A stretch of DNA of 64,000 nt from a virus (Duplodnaviria; Caudoviricetes). Each line of letters starts with the position of its first letter. Within the stretch, counting starts at the first letter, position 1. Below, piece by piece: positions 1 to 9,248 of this stretch. A program made the position numbers and the translations under genes. The stretch covers positions 1 through 64,000 of the IMG/VR virus record IMGVR_UViG_2773858002_000001. The stretch is one strand, 5' to 3'. The notes beneath the pieces are model-generated. The model had not been told where the DNA came from, did no database searches, and worked only from the letters and a program-made list of their open reading frames with translations.

Positions 1-58
1 TTAGAGCAGAGGAATCATAATCCTTGTGTCGGGGGTTCGAGTCCCTCCTCCGCTACCA
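1..58 (+). tRNA. 3' portion of tRNA-Met (anticodon CAT), probable prophage attachment site; 5' end lies outside the window
   Basis: D-arm end TTAGAGC, anticodon stem GAGGA/TCCTT with loop ATCATAA, T-loop GGTTCGAGTCC, acceptor end CCGCTACCA. Confidence 0.9.
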
Positions 59-1659
59 CCAAGTCCCCTACCAGGATTTCGTGGCCCGTTGACCACCGAC
101 CTACTGTATGCGGTGGTGCCTTCGGAAAGCAGGACATTCAGGTGACCTTTGACCTGAACTTCGACGCGTCCAGCGTCCGGTCCTCGATAGACGTCCACTG
201 TTTCAATCAGCTCTCTCAGAAGAGATGCACCGACCGAACCCGGATTAACTGAACCGGTGTTCTGGAGTTCCAGATTGATTTGGCTGATCATCTCTTCGTA
301 GCGCTGCGCGGCCACAGGATGAATTGAGACGACGTTTACTGGCTCTGGAGCCTGCGCGAGGTCTTCCTCAAGGCTATGTTTCCTCGCCCGTAAAACTGAA
401 ATCTGTTCCTTCGCATCCTCGGGCTCAATGACCTCGTTGGCGATCTGCTCCACAATCGCATTGATCTGCTGCTTGACCTTGGCCAGGTCACCCTCCAGCT
501 TCGAACGATTAGCCTCACGCGTGTTTGCTACGCGCATCTGCTCTTGTTGGTAGGTCTTGATGAACAGTGCAAGCCTATCCGGCGACCTAAGCTGGTGGAC
601 AACCCCCGTGACCACTGCCTTCTCGATTGTGTCGAGGTAGAAGGATTTTGGCTCCGGGCAACTTCCGCTTTCCTTGGCCGCTGAGCATCTGACACGGACC
701 CGACCAGACCGGTCTTTCCCGGCAGCCGACATGCCCGCCCCGCAACACCCACACTTCAACATCCCCGAAAGAAGGCGTTTGGGTCGCTGCTGTAGACCCG
801 GCGCTGTTCTCGGCCCTCTACGTTGCTTCTGGGCGATCTCCCACAGCTCGTCGCTGACGATACGGAGCTCCGGTACTTCGACTTTCTCCCATTCGCTCTC
901 GGGGTTTGGTCTGGAAACACGACGCCCCGTGTCCGGGTCTTTGATCATGGTGACCCGGTTCCAAATCCTGAGACCTATATAGAGGGAGTTGTGCAGGATG
1001 CCGTTGCCTCGCTGTAGAGAGCCGTTGATGGTCGAGGCGTTCCACATTTTCCCTCTGGGAGGCGTAATACCCTCCTTATTCAGCGCGTAGGCGATGTGCC
1101 TCGGTGACACTCCGGCAGCGTACTGCTCGAACACACGGCGGATGATGCGGGCCTCGTCTTCTACGATCAGCAACTTTCCCTTGTTCAAAGGGTCCGGCTT
1201 GTACCCGTACGCCTGCCCTCCGCCAGACAAACCCTGTTTGACACGCCCCGCCAACCCACGGCGAACCTTGAGAGCATTGTCCTCGCGGAAAAGCTGCCCA
1301 ACGAGTCCGCGTAGGCCGACAGTGACGGTGTTCGCCACGCCGTCGTGGACACCGACCAGATCAATACCCGCGAACTTGAGCCGTTTGCTTATGCCGGCCA
1401 GGTCTTCCATGTCTCGCGAAAGGCGGTCCAGCGCCTCGACAATCACAGTGTCGAACGCCCCCATCATGGCGTCGGCCATAAGGTTACGAATGCCCTCGCG
1501 GTTGTGCATGGATGCGCCAGACTTGGCCGCGTCCGAATACACCTTCACCACGTCATACCCGTTCTGGATCGCATAGGCTTTGCAGAGCGTCACCTGGTCA
1601 TCAATAGACCGGTCAGACTGGAGATTGGTGGAGAAACGGGCGTAGATCGCGGCTTTCAA
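1..1659 (-). CDS. Large serine recombinase (phage integrase)
   Basis: N-terminal YARFST catalytic Ser motif, DRLSR, recombinase domain, LLSGMLKCGCCG Zn-ribbon, coiled coil; C-terminus runs antisense through the tRNA. Confidence 0.95.
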   Translation of the reverse strand: MKAAIYARFSTNLQSDRSIDDQVTLCKAYAIQNGYDVVKVYSDAAKSGASMHNREGIRNLMADAMMGAFDTVIVEALDRLSRDMEDLAGISKRLKFAGIDLVGVHDGVANTVTVGLRGLVGQLFREDNALKVRRGLAGRVKQGLSGGGQAYGYKPDPLNKGKLLIVEDEARIIRRVFEQYAAGVSPRHIAYALNKEGITPPRGKMWNASTINGSLQRGNGILHNSLYIGLRIWNRVTMIKDPDTGRRVSRPNPESEWEKVEVPELRIVSDELWEIAQKQRRGPRTAPGLQQRPKRLLSGMLKCGCCGAGMSAAGKDRSGRVRVRCSAAKESGSCPEPKSFYLDTIEKAVVTGVVHQLRSPDRLALFIKTYQQEQMRVANTREANRSKLEGDLAKVKQQINAIVEQIANEVIEPEDAKEQISVLRARKHSLEEDLAQAPEPVNVVSIHPVAAQRYEEMISQINLELQNTGSVNPGSVGASLLRELIETVDVYRGPDAGRVEVQVKGHLNVLLSEGTTAYSRSVVNGPRNPGRGLGGSGGGTRTPDTRIMIPLL

Positions 1660-1859
1660 GGCTGGTTCCCTTTCAATGACCGCTCATAATCCTCACGGGC
1701 TGCCTTCTTTGCAAGAAAAATGATGATCTCATCCAGCGCCTTGTTGGCGATGTCGATGGACTCCTGGGCGGTGTACCCCTCCATCAAAAGATTTTCCGGC
1801 TCTGCCTCAACAATAGGCTCTGCCTTCACACGCTTCTTTTTCTTGATCACGATGGGCAT
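1656..1859 (-). CDS. Small protein coupled to integrase (candidate recombination directionality factor)
   Basis: MPIVIKKKKRV...; stop overlaps the integrase start; function inferred from position only. Confidence 0.5.
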   Translation of the reverse strand: MPIVIKKKKRVKAEPIVEAEPENLLMEGYTAQESIDIANKALDEIIIFLAKKAAREDYERSLKGNQP

Positions 1860-1888
1860 GGCAAAACGCTTCTGTGAAATTAATTGCA

Positions 1889-2293
1889 TTATGAAGGTAT
1901 GTATTTGAGCGACACACCCATGTTGCTCTCAACCAGACCGACAGCCGCTGCCTTCGTGCGGTTCGGGTAATCCTTTGAAGACAATCGGTAGAGTGAGCCG
2001 GCCTTCAGGTCTCCCAGCGTGATCAAGTGCTTGTGGTCGTGCGCGAGCTGACCCCACGCCTCCAGCATGGCTTTGGCCATCTGGTCATAGAGACCGTCCG
2101 ACAGAAGGGAGATGTCATGATGGTAGTACAGGTAGCTGGCCATCAGCCACCACGGGATCGCCGCATCCGGGCTGGTCTCCATGACGGAAAGGCACATGCT
2201 GTCCAAATGTTTCGGGGCCGATCTCTTCCCCCGTTCGGGGATGACCGGCTCCGGTGCCGGGGCCGCTACCTTTCGCTTGATAACGATGGCCAT
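1889..2293 (-). CDS. Stand-alone NAD-dependent DNA ligase domain Ia-like protein
   Basis: SYLYYHHDISLLSDGLYDQM matches the LigA Ia YY..D....SD..YD motif; no adenylation domain. Confidence 0.65.
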   Translation of the reverse strand: MAIVIKRKVAAPAPEPVIPERGKRSAPKHLDSMCLSVMETSPDAAIPWWLMASYLYYHHDISLLSDGLYDQMAKAMLEAWGQLAHDHKHLITLGDLKAGSLYRLSSKDYPNRTKAAAVGLVESNMGVSLKYIPS

Positions 2294-2487
2294 CAGACAA
2301 GCCCCCTGTCTTCCAGAACATCCTGCTCGGCTGTAAGAAGCCACACCCGACCGCGAACATGTTCGAGCTCACACATGGACTTTGGTATCCAGACGGCATT
2401 TTCATCGTCGCCGTCAAGGCTGACTTTGTACGCCAATTCTGTCGCGTGGTGGCGATAGACTTCAATGTCTTCGAGGTTTGATTTCAT
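2293..2487 (-). CDS. Hypothetical phage protein
   Basis: 64-aa ORF with RBS GGAG, coupled to its neighbours. Confidence 0.65.
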   Translation of the reverse strand: MKSNLEDIEVYRHHATELAYKVSLDGDDENAVWIPKSMCELEHVRGRVWLLTAEQDVLEDRGLV

Positions 2488-2786
2488 TTGTCATCTCCTG
2501 GAGCGCCAAGAAGCATCTGCTGCCGCTTTTCTTCCAATGGGATCGCGCCAGGACGATCTTCAGCGACCAGCCTCCCCATGCGGTCCCGGAAAAGCGTTCC
2601 TTCAAATGACAGATGCTCCAGCCGGACCTTCGCCTTCGTGGTTGATCCGTCGGCCATCAACTTGATGAAGCCGCCGCCAGTCTTGGCGTACAGCGTTCCG
2701 TCCCGCGTGTAGAGATCGACCTGTTTATAGACACCGTTCTCAATGATGATCGCGGCCTCGCCTTCGACATGCTTAAAGAACCCCAT
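2484..2786 (-). CDS. Hypothetical phage protein (MGFFKHVEGE...)
   Basis: ORF coupled to neighbours by overlapping start/stop. Confidence 0.65.
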   Translation of the reverse strand: MGFFKHVEGEAAIIIENGVYKQVDLYTRDGTLYAKTGGGFIKLMADGSTTKAKVRLEHLSFEGTLFRDRMGRLVAEDRPGAIPLEEKRQQMLLGAPGDDK

Positions 2787-3091
2787 CACGCCGCCTCTGT
2801 CTTTGCGCGCTGCCGCACCCATCGAGCGTTCATGCACTTGTCACTCTCACCGTGGCAGGGGAAGCCGTACAGGTGCCCGCACAACTTGCACGCGGTTGGG
2901 TCAGGCGCGCGCATCTTGCCGGGGTTTGCGAAAAGCTCGTCTGGTGACGATGCCACCGGCAGTTTAGAGAAGGGTGTTCGTTCGTTGTGCGTTGTCGCTT
3001 CCTTGTGCTTGACGCCTTCAGGTCTCGGATCGACCAGCGGTTCCGGCTCAGCTTTCTGCTGGACCCTTTTCTTCTTGATGATGATCGGCAC
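2786..3091 (-). CDS. Hypothetical protein with C-terminal Cys/His (Zn-binding) motif
   Basis: GTG start after GGAGG; CxxCxH...CH...C. Confidence 0.6.
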   Translation of the reverse strand: MPIIIKKKRVQQKAEPEPLVDPRPEGVKHKEATTHNERTPFSKLPVASSPDELFANPGKMRAPDPTACKLCGHLYGFPCHGESDKCMNARWVRQRAKTEAA

Positions 3092-3112
3092 TCGACCGCC
3101 TCCATTATGAAA

Positions 3113-3244
3113 TTAATTGCACCATTCCAACACGACGCAGTACAACCAGACGGCTTGTGGCTCACCAGCCTTGACTAGACCGACCTGAACCACAGCGGCA
3201 GCCAAAACTATTGCCAGGGCGACAAGGGCCGGGTCGGGCTTCAA
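3113..3244 (-). CDS. Small membrane peptide (43 aa, not in ORF track) ending C-N-stop in the palindrome
   Basis: TTG start overlapping the upstream stop; MKPDPALVALAIVLAAAVVQVGLVKAGEPQAVWLYCVVLEWCN. Confidence 0.45.
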   Translation of the reverse strand: MKPDPALVALAIVLAAAVVQVGLVKAGEPQAVWLYCVVLEWCN

Positions 3245-4209
3245 ATCGGGAAGTCCCCATCCGCCAGCAAGTCCCCTTCCCGGACGTCATACCCTTTGGC
3301 TTTCAGAACCTCTTTCTGCGCCTTCGTGGGAGTCTTCTTCTTGGGGTCGGTAGCGCTCGTTGCGAGTGACCACAGCATGTCACCGAGACTACCTTGTGGG
3401 CCGTAGAGACGCGCAAAGCCCATCTTTTCCAGCTGAACCGTACTGCTGCAAAGATAGTCGTATGCCACAGACTCGTGATCCCGGCTGAAGCACCCGTAAA
3501 ACGTGCCATCAGGAGCCAGCCATCCGGTGTGATAGTCCGGTCTGAGCAGGCCGTCGGCAGACCTCTGAAGCATGCCTGAGTGGGCGGCCTCCTTGACCTC
3601 CACCGGTTCAACGCCGCGCGCCGAGAAGCCTCCACCCATGTCGTTCCGATACACTCCGTCATCGTAGTGCCACCAGTCGGCCTTGCCGGTCCCATGGACG
3701 TCGATCTTGTGAAACGTCTTCATCAGACCGCGCTTGCCCCAGACACGGAAAATGCTCTCACCGTCCTCACCGACGTCCTGAGCAACTTCCTCGTAGACCC
3801 ATCCGAACAGGTCGTCCTCGGCGTTGTGTGGCTTGCTGATGTACAGAGCATCGCCTGTCTCGATATTGTGCCTCAAGCAAAGGCCGACGAAAGCGCCGTG
3901 GCAGGGTCTAGCAAACAGCATCACGTCGTTGATGCCGAAGTCATACGGCGGATGGCGCGTCTCCAACCCTGCAGCGTCTCCGACGATCATGTCATCGATC
4001 TCGCAATCAACGCGAGCGAACTTGTCGATGGCATCAACGTCGAAACCCCGCTCCCGCATCAGCCGGGTCAGATGACCTACCCCCGCGCCAATATCGACGT
4101 ACCTCCGCCACCGCCACTGATCTTCGGACAGGAACGCCCAGAAGTTGTCTGTCGGCTTGAAGAATATCATGCCCGAATTTTCCATAAACGCTTTGATCAT
4201 GGCCTGCAT
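3241..4209 (-). CDS. Class I SAM-dependent methyltransferase-like domain fused to unknown phage domains
   Basis: YVDIGAGVGHL motif I, acidic residue in VDAID; RBS CCAAGGAGGGC before ATG 4209. Confidence 0.6.
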   Translation of the reverse strand: MQAMIKAFMENSGMIFFKPTDNFWAFLSEDQWRWRRYVDIGAGVGHLTRLMRERGFDVDAIDKFARVDCEIDDMIVGDAAGLETRHPPYDFGINDVMLFARPCHGAFVGLCLRHNIETGDALYISKPHNAEDDLFGWVYEEVAQDVGEDGESIFRVWGKRGLMKTFHKIDVHGTGKADWWHYDDGVYRNDMGGGFSARGVEPVEVKEAAHSGMLQRSADGLLRPDYHTGWLAPDGTFYGCFSRDHESVAYDYLCSSTVQLEKMGFARLYGPQGSLGDMLWSLATSATDPKKKTPTKAQKEVLKAKGYDVREGDLLADGDFPI

Positions 4210-4305
4210 CTTGCCCTCCTTGGCATACGCCCGGTTTCTCCTGGACATTTGAAGGCCGTCTTCAGAACCGGGGCCGAAATCCGTCATCCAGCCTTGCGTT
4301 GGCCA

Positions 4306-4650
4306 TCAGTAACCGACGGCGACTCTCTTCTTCCCTTCATGCAGCTCGGGCTCGATCTCGCGGACTGTGATCTCGAACGTTCGTTCACCGACCGTGTAGA
4401 GCAGCACGCCGTCTTCATCGGCCAGCACCGCAAGCTCGCCCTTGGATTTGGCCTTGTAGCGATCAGGCTTCTTGGCGGCGGCTCCAACCTGCTTGCGCTC
4501 TCCGGCCCTCTTCAGGAATACGCCGGCCCCCTGACGCTTCGAGCTGATCTGGAGCTCTTCCAACGGGTGGTGGTTGCGGCACTTCCGTCCAAGCCATTGC
4601 GTGAACTTGCCAATGTCGGTGCCGGCGTTTCTCAACTTGGGCATTGCCAT
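4306..4650 (-). CDS. Hypothetical basic protein
   Basis: AGGAG RBS, ORF directly downstream of palindrome 4687. Confidence 0.55.
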   Translation of the reverse strand: MAMPKLRNAGTDIGKFTQWLGRKCRNHHPLEELQISSKRQGAGVFLKRAGERKQVGAAAKKPDRYKAKSKGELAVLADEDGVLLYTVGERTFEITVREIEPELHEGKKRVAVGY

Positions 4651-4719
4651 CTCCTGCGAACATCGAAACAAAAGGGACCGGGAATGTGCAATTAATTTCA
4701 CACTCCCGGCCAAAGAAAA

Positions 4720-4926
4720 TCAGAAGGGTATGAATGCCTTCAAAAACACTGCCAGCTGCATGGCGAGTACGAAGCCGACCATCCACTTTACGACAGAGAG
4801 CTCGTGTTTGAGGTCGCTTACGTCCTTGTCGCGGACGCTCAATGCTTCGGCTGCTTTCAAGGCTTTGTCCTCCGGAACTTCAATGGACCGAAATGCCTGA
4901 TAAACATCGCTCTGAAATGCACTCAT
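4720..4926 (-). CDS. Small coiled-coil membrane-anchored protein (DUF1640/CCDC90-like)
   Basis: Helical head, short coiled coil, C-terminal KWMVGFVLAMQLAVF TM helix; own promoter. Confidence 0.6.
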   Translation of the reverse strand: MSAFQSDVYQAFRSIEVPEDKALKAAEALSVRDKDVSDLKHELSVVKWMVGFVLAMQLAVFLKAFIPF

Positions 4927-4958
4927 GTCTAGCCCTCCTTGGCTCGTTGGTACAATCA

Positions 4959-5009
4959 ATACTAGCAGACGGGGACGTGTCGTCCAGCCTAATTGTGCAA
5001 TTAATTTCG
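4959..5009 (-). promoter_or_regulatory. Sigma70-like promoter CTGGAC-N17-TAGTAT with palindrome 8 bp upstream of -35
   Basis: -35 at 4982-4987, -10 at 4959-4964, palindrome 4996-5009. Confidence 0.6.
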
Positions 5010-5297
5010 CTATTCTGCGCTCAACGCGTCGGCAGCGTCAGCAGCTTCCAGGAGCGTTTTAGCGAGGCGGCGTGCACCTGCACTATCTGTTACGATCTCG
5101 TTGCCGAACAGGTCGTTGAACGACTCTACGTCCCCAAGCCTCTCGTCGTCAGGCTTGATAATGCTGACTAGGCCGGTCACCACCGTGCTATTGAACCTGT
5201 ACTTCTCGTGCACCCCGACCACGATCACCTGGTGGTCAGCCCATTCGGTCTGTTCGAACAGCGGGTTCTCGATTTCTTTCTGAAACGGTTCAGTCAC
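5010..5297 (-). CDS. Hypothetical protein
   Basis: ORF with RBS; stop abuts the palindrome. Confidence 0.6.
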   Translation of the reverse strand: MTEPFQKEIENPLFEQTEWADHQVIVVGVHEKYRFNSTVVTGLVSIIKPDDERLGDVESFNDLFGNEIVTDSAGARRLAKTLLEAADAADALSAE

Positions 5298-5486
5298 GCG
5301 CCCATCTCCTTCACAAGGTCGTTCGCTTCCTTTGCGTCCCGCGCAAGGTCTTTGAACTCGGCTTCTGACAGATGATCCAGGCAGCCGCCGTTCTCACCCC
5401 GCATGAGGTCTTCGATCTCTGCCAGCTCATCGGGCATGTGAACGCCCGTGGCCTCCATGATGGCAGACTGATAGGCGTTCAGCATG

Positions 5487-5786
5487 TCATTTCCCCACGA
5501 TCTGCAATGCTTCATTGATGGACCCGAACAAGTCGGAACCGACGCTCCAGCCGACGCTGACCGACATGGCGATGACGACGGCCAGAACAGCGTAGAAAGT
5601 GATCCCCGAGAAAAGTGCCTTGCGGGTGTCGTGGTTCGGTTCCTGATACTGCGGGGCGGCGCGGCGCTCCTTGCCAACCCACTCCTTGCGGACCCGGCGC
5701 TCCGATTTCGACAGAACGGCCTGAGAGACACGACTCTCCGGGATTGATGTGCAATTAATTGCAACCCTGCGTCCAAAAGTTTTCAT
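5487..5786 (-). CDS. Hypothetical membrane protein containing an internal palindrome
   Basis: CCAAGGAGGGC RBS, C-terminal TM helix; first gene after the 5869 promoter. Confidence 0.55.
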   Translation of the reverse strand: MKTFGRRVAINCTSIPESRVSQAVLSKSERRVRKEWVGKERRAAPQYQEPNHDTRKALFSGITFYAVLAVVIAMSVSVGWSVGSDLFGSINEALQIVGK

Positions 5787-5789
5787 TTC

Positions 5790-5890
5790 GCCCTCCTTGG
5801 CGCGGTGGAAGTTGGAATTTCCCTATGCCTCCATCCTACCAAAATGAGGGCTCCCGTACAGAAGAAAATGCAATTAATTGCACGAAATCG
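5790..5890 (-). promoter_or_regulatory. ~100-bp promoter/leader module (palindrome, CTGTAC-N17-TAGGAT, GGCATAGGGAAAT leader, RBS), duplicated at 26332-26430
   Basis: Colinear similarity to 26332-26430. Confidence 0.75.
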
Positions 5891-5899
5891 ACTTGAAAA

Positions 5900-6679
5900 T
5901 CAGACGTGTTCGGCAGCCTCTGAAACCTGAGACCAATCGAGACGGTCCAACAGGTCGCGCTGTCGGGCAGGAACCGCCACGAACCCCAATGCTTCGAGCT
6001 TCTTGAGGTCGTCGTAGGCCATCTGGCGGACCTGCTCGACAGACATTTTGCCGATCCTTGCCGCCCCAACAATACGCATCTGCATTGTGTGTAGCGGATC
6101 GATCAAAGCGTCCATATTGCCGCGTTGAACCAGAGAGAATATCTCAAGCGTAGGGTCGCGCCTGTAAGGCCCAATGGCTGTCACTTTTCGCTGCGACACG
6201 TCTGCTGTCCGAATGGCCACTTCGGCCTCCCCACGACCGGCGTAGCAGAACAACACGCGAGATATGTCAGCCTTGCCGACGATCAACGCTGGCGTGGCGT
6301 TCGAACACCTTTTGGCGAACCACACGGCTTTGTCTCGGTCAACCGTCCAGGAATAGTCGCTATACGGGTCTTCGACTGTCGCACCTCGATAGACGGTCGG
6401 GTCTTCCTGCAGGCGGTCCATAAGCGCCCGGTCATCCCCGCCAAGTCTCGGCATCACAGAATGCGCGGTCACGCCACGCTTATCGATCAAGGCGTTGATG
6501 ATCGGCAGGTTCAGGTCATTGCTCTCGCTGTTCACCCAAACATCAACGAAGGTCTTGTAGAAGGTTGCATCGGGCAACAGGTGCTCGACCTCTAACAGAC
6601 CGACCCATCTTTCGGGTTTGTCGTGGGCCGACCACAAAGCGGAAACAATGTCGCGAACGAGAGGTTTCTTGGACGTCAT
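5900..6679 (-). CDS. Putative ADP-ribosyltransferase-fold protein
   Basis: VYRG...YSWTVDRDKAVWFA...GEAEV resembles the R-S-E ART signature. Confidence 0.45.
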   Translation of the reverse strand: MTSKKPLVRDIVSALWSAHDKPERWVGLLEVEHLLPDATFYKTFVDVWVNSESNDLNLPIINALIDKRGVTAHSVMPRLGGDDRALMDRLQEDPTVYRGATVEDPYSDYSWTVDRDKAVWFAKRCSNATPALIVGKADISRVLFCYAGRGEAEVAIRTADVSQRKVTAIGPYRRDPTLEIFSLVQRGNMDALIDPLHTMQMRIVGAARIGKMSVEQVRQMAYDDLKKLEALGFVAVPARQRDLLDRLDWSQVSEAAEHV

Positions 6680-6737
6680 GTTGCCCTCCTTGGCATGACT
6701 CTCAGACTACCGCAATGCCACAGTTGCGCAATTAATT

Positions 6738-7820
6738 TCAATTCAATCCGACGCCCATAGTCCTCTTTCGCGGGCGACCTGATACACCCGGCAATCTGTT
6801 GATCTGCGCCCTGCACACGGCGGTGAACGCTGCCAATTCTCCACCAGCATTTGCGCGCAGCTCTACGCCTGCCGACGCGCGTCCGCTGAACGCAGGCGCT
6901 GCACCCGCAACGAGGGCATCGAGCGGAATGTCCGCCCGTGCATTGGCTTCGAAGGCCGACACCACTCCGCTGAGTTCTGCATCCATTATCTGCTCCACCG
7001 TAGCTGAAGCGGAGATGCTGAACGTCGCGAGCACCCCTGCCAAGGACACGTCAATTGGAGGCCGCAGATCAGCGCCGACAGCCCCTGCAAAATTCGGGAT
7101 CGCTCCCGCGATAACGGCGTCTATTGGTTCGAGCTCATCGGATTGCCCGGAGAACGCAAACCCGGACACCAGCCCGGCCAGGCTCAGGTCGTAGGGTTCA
7201 CCGGAAAGTGCTCGTCCCTGTGACACAAAACCAGGGATGCTTGCATCTGCAATCGCATTATGGGCGATCTCCGCATTTGCATGGCCAACGAAGGCCGGCG
7301 CGACCGTGACCGCTCGTACACCGTCTGGAACAAGAGCATCGGATGAGAGCGAGAAGCCCGAAAGGCTAGGGGCTTTACCAGTCATCAGGATCGGGGGGAC
7401 GACCACCTCTCCGTCTGATGAGAACCCGAGAAGCAGTGCTTCTGTCCTCAGAGCAACCGGCTGCTCCGACGCAATGGTCATTCGGAATGATTGGAGGACG
7501 CCTGCTGCGCGAGCCCCTTCCGGGAACGTTGCGCCTGAAGACGCATCGAATGCTGCCAGGGTGCCGACGACGCCTCCGAAAACGAAACGGTCTGCCGGGG
7601 TCTCCAAATCCGCGTGCCCACCGTGTCCACGGTATGTGTACGCGGGCACGTACACACGTGCAGCGGTGGCGCGTGGAACATGGCCGCGCGCTGCGCCCGT
7701 GAACCTCGGTGCAAGCATGGCAGCTTCGGCCAATTCCTGCCCGGAAGCCTCCGGCGTGGTGACGTCCGCATACCCGGCTTGTACGTGGATACGCTCCGGC
7801 AGGACGCTGACTTCAGTCAT
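6738..7820 (-). CDS. Ala/Gly-rich repetitive virion appendage protein
   Basis: Repeated [A/L]xG.[IV]..F...A pattern in the C-terminal half; part of the head-spike-like operon. Confidence 0.55.
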   Translation of the reverse strand: MTEVSVLPERIHVQAGYADVTTPEASGQELAEAAMLAPRFTGAARGHVPRATAARVYVPAYTYRGHGGHADLETPADRFVFGGVVGTLAAFDASSGATFPEGARAAGVLQSFRMTIASEQPVALRTEALLLGFSSDGEVVVPPILMTGKAPSLSGFSLSSDALVPDGVRAVTVAPAFVGHANAEIAHNAIADASIPGFVSQGRALSGEPYDLSLAGLVSGFAFSGQSDELEPIDAVIAGAIPNFAGAVGADLRPPIDVSLAGVLATFSISASATVEQIMDAELSGVVSAFEANARADIPLDALVAGAAPAFSGRASAGVELRANAGGELAAFTAVCRAQINRLPGVSGRPRKRTMGVGLN

Positions 7821-7823
7821 CCC

Positions 7824-9236
7824 CTACCCTTTCTGTAGCACGAGGACGCCCGTCTCCGCGAATGTCAGAACGAACTGCTCACCATTCAAGGCTGTCACTT
7901 CGTTGTTGAAGTCCACGAACAGCAACGGCTTGTCGTCAACATGATCGTCGTCATAGACAACGGCGCGATAGGCCGTCAGATCACCGCCGACGATGTTCCC
8001 TGACGCCACGCCCATCTTGAGGACCGCACCCACAGGCGCACGCTTCTCGAACGCGACACCAGGTATCGGTACGCCTCCGGCTGGCCAATTGTTGCCAGAC
8101 ACCTCGTAGCTTCCATTGCCCGTGACTTCCGCGAGTGTCGTGTGTGCTCCATTGAAGAGCGCACTGTCCGATAGGAGAGCGACACGCAGGGAGCCCAGGT
8201 TTACTGTGCCGTTCAGCAGATCGAACAGTGTGTCCGCAAAGGCGTAGGTCTGCCCCTCGTAGAGCCACGGCGTAATAGCCAGAGCAAACTTGCTGGCCGA
8301 CGTCACTGGTGCCGGGTCTGGAAGCAGCACTGGCGTGCCCCCACTGATGTCGTACCGGCGCAAGTACGGCGAGTTCTGAACGGCGGCCCACAGTTCCGCT
8401 CCGTCAGGTGTCACCCGCAACGCCCAAGTGTTCGACCCTGCAGACGGTGGGGCGTCCTGACGCAGCCATTGTGATGTCGGCTCATCCCACGTGTAGCCTT
8501 GCACATAGGGGGACGATGTTATGAAACCCACGTAGAACCGGCCTGCATCCGCGTCAAAGCAGATCGCACGACAAGAGTTCTGGGCGTCAAAATCGACATC
8601 TTCGCGTAGGAAGGCCCCACCATCGAGCCGATAAACGAACGGCTTTCTCTCGGCTGTGAATGCAACCTTGCTGCCGTCCTTAGACCAGCAGACCGAATAC
8701 ACCTGATCAGGAACGATGTCTGGCCAGGACATCTCGGTGAAGGTCGAACCGCTGTACGACCACATGAAGAAGCGGTTCCCCACGTACGAACCCATCGCGA
8801 GATAGTTGCCCGTTGTGGAGAACGCGATGCAGTTCAAGCGATTGGGTGGAGCCGGGTGGTCTGTGACCAAGGTGAACGCGTCACCCGAAATCTCGTAGAC
8901 CATTATGTAAGGTGCCGCGTTCAGCGCTAACGCCAGAAAGCGCCCGTCGAACGAGAACGAGGCTCCATTAACGGCTGTGCTCGGCATCTCGGCAGGGTCT
9001 GGAAGTCGCTCAAAGCTGTTACCCACGCGCCGGTAAAGCGCCAGGTAAGGGCTTCCCGCCAACGCGACCGCGACATACTGCTGGTCGGGCGAATAATCGA
9101 TCCCCTTGATGTTCGTGGGGATCGTATCGCTGAAAGTGAGGACCGGCGCGGCGGACTCCCCTTCATCGACCCTGAAACCCTGCGGGTTTCCAGTGACGCC
9201 GCTACCCCCGTAGAGCAGCTGGTAAAATCGACCCAC
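7824..9236 (-). CDS. WD40/beta-propeller protein with C-terminal phage structural domain
   Basis: Repeated S/TPDG..LA..SPY blades; C-terminal RVALL...YEVSG..WPAGG domain. Confidence 0.7.
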   Translation of the reverse strand: MGRFYQLLYGGSGVTGNPQGFRVDEGESAAPVLTFSDTIPTNIKGIDYSPDQQYVAVALAGSPYLALYRRVGNSFERLPDPAEMPSTAVNGASFSFDGRFLALALNAAPYIMVYEISGDAFTLVTDHPAPPNRLNCIAFSTTGNYLAMGSYVGNRFFMWSYSGSTFTEMSWPDIVPDQVYSVCWSKDGSKVAFTAERKPFVYRLDGGAFLREDVDFDAQNSCRAICFDADAGRFYVGFITSSPYVQGYTWDEPTSQWLRQDAPPSAGSNTWALRVTPDGAELWAAVQNSPYLRRYDISGGTPVLLPDPAPVTSASKFALAITPWLYEGQTYAFADTLFDLLNGTVNLGSLRVALLSDSALFNGAHTTLAEVTGNGSYEVSGNNWPAGGVPIPGVAFEKRAPVGAVLKMGVASGNIVGGDLTAYRAVVYDDDHVDDKPLLFVDFNNEVTALNGEQFVLTFAETGVLVLQKG

Positions 9237-9248
9237 GCCGGCCTCCTA

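Noticed and set aside
5750-5763. Palindrome as a known host box (CtrA, Mur/Fur, Irr)
   Set aside because: It lacks TTAA-N7-TTAA, and its spacing differs from Mur/Fur/Irr boxes as I recall them; a host factor is not excluded, but I cannot support a match.
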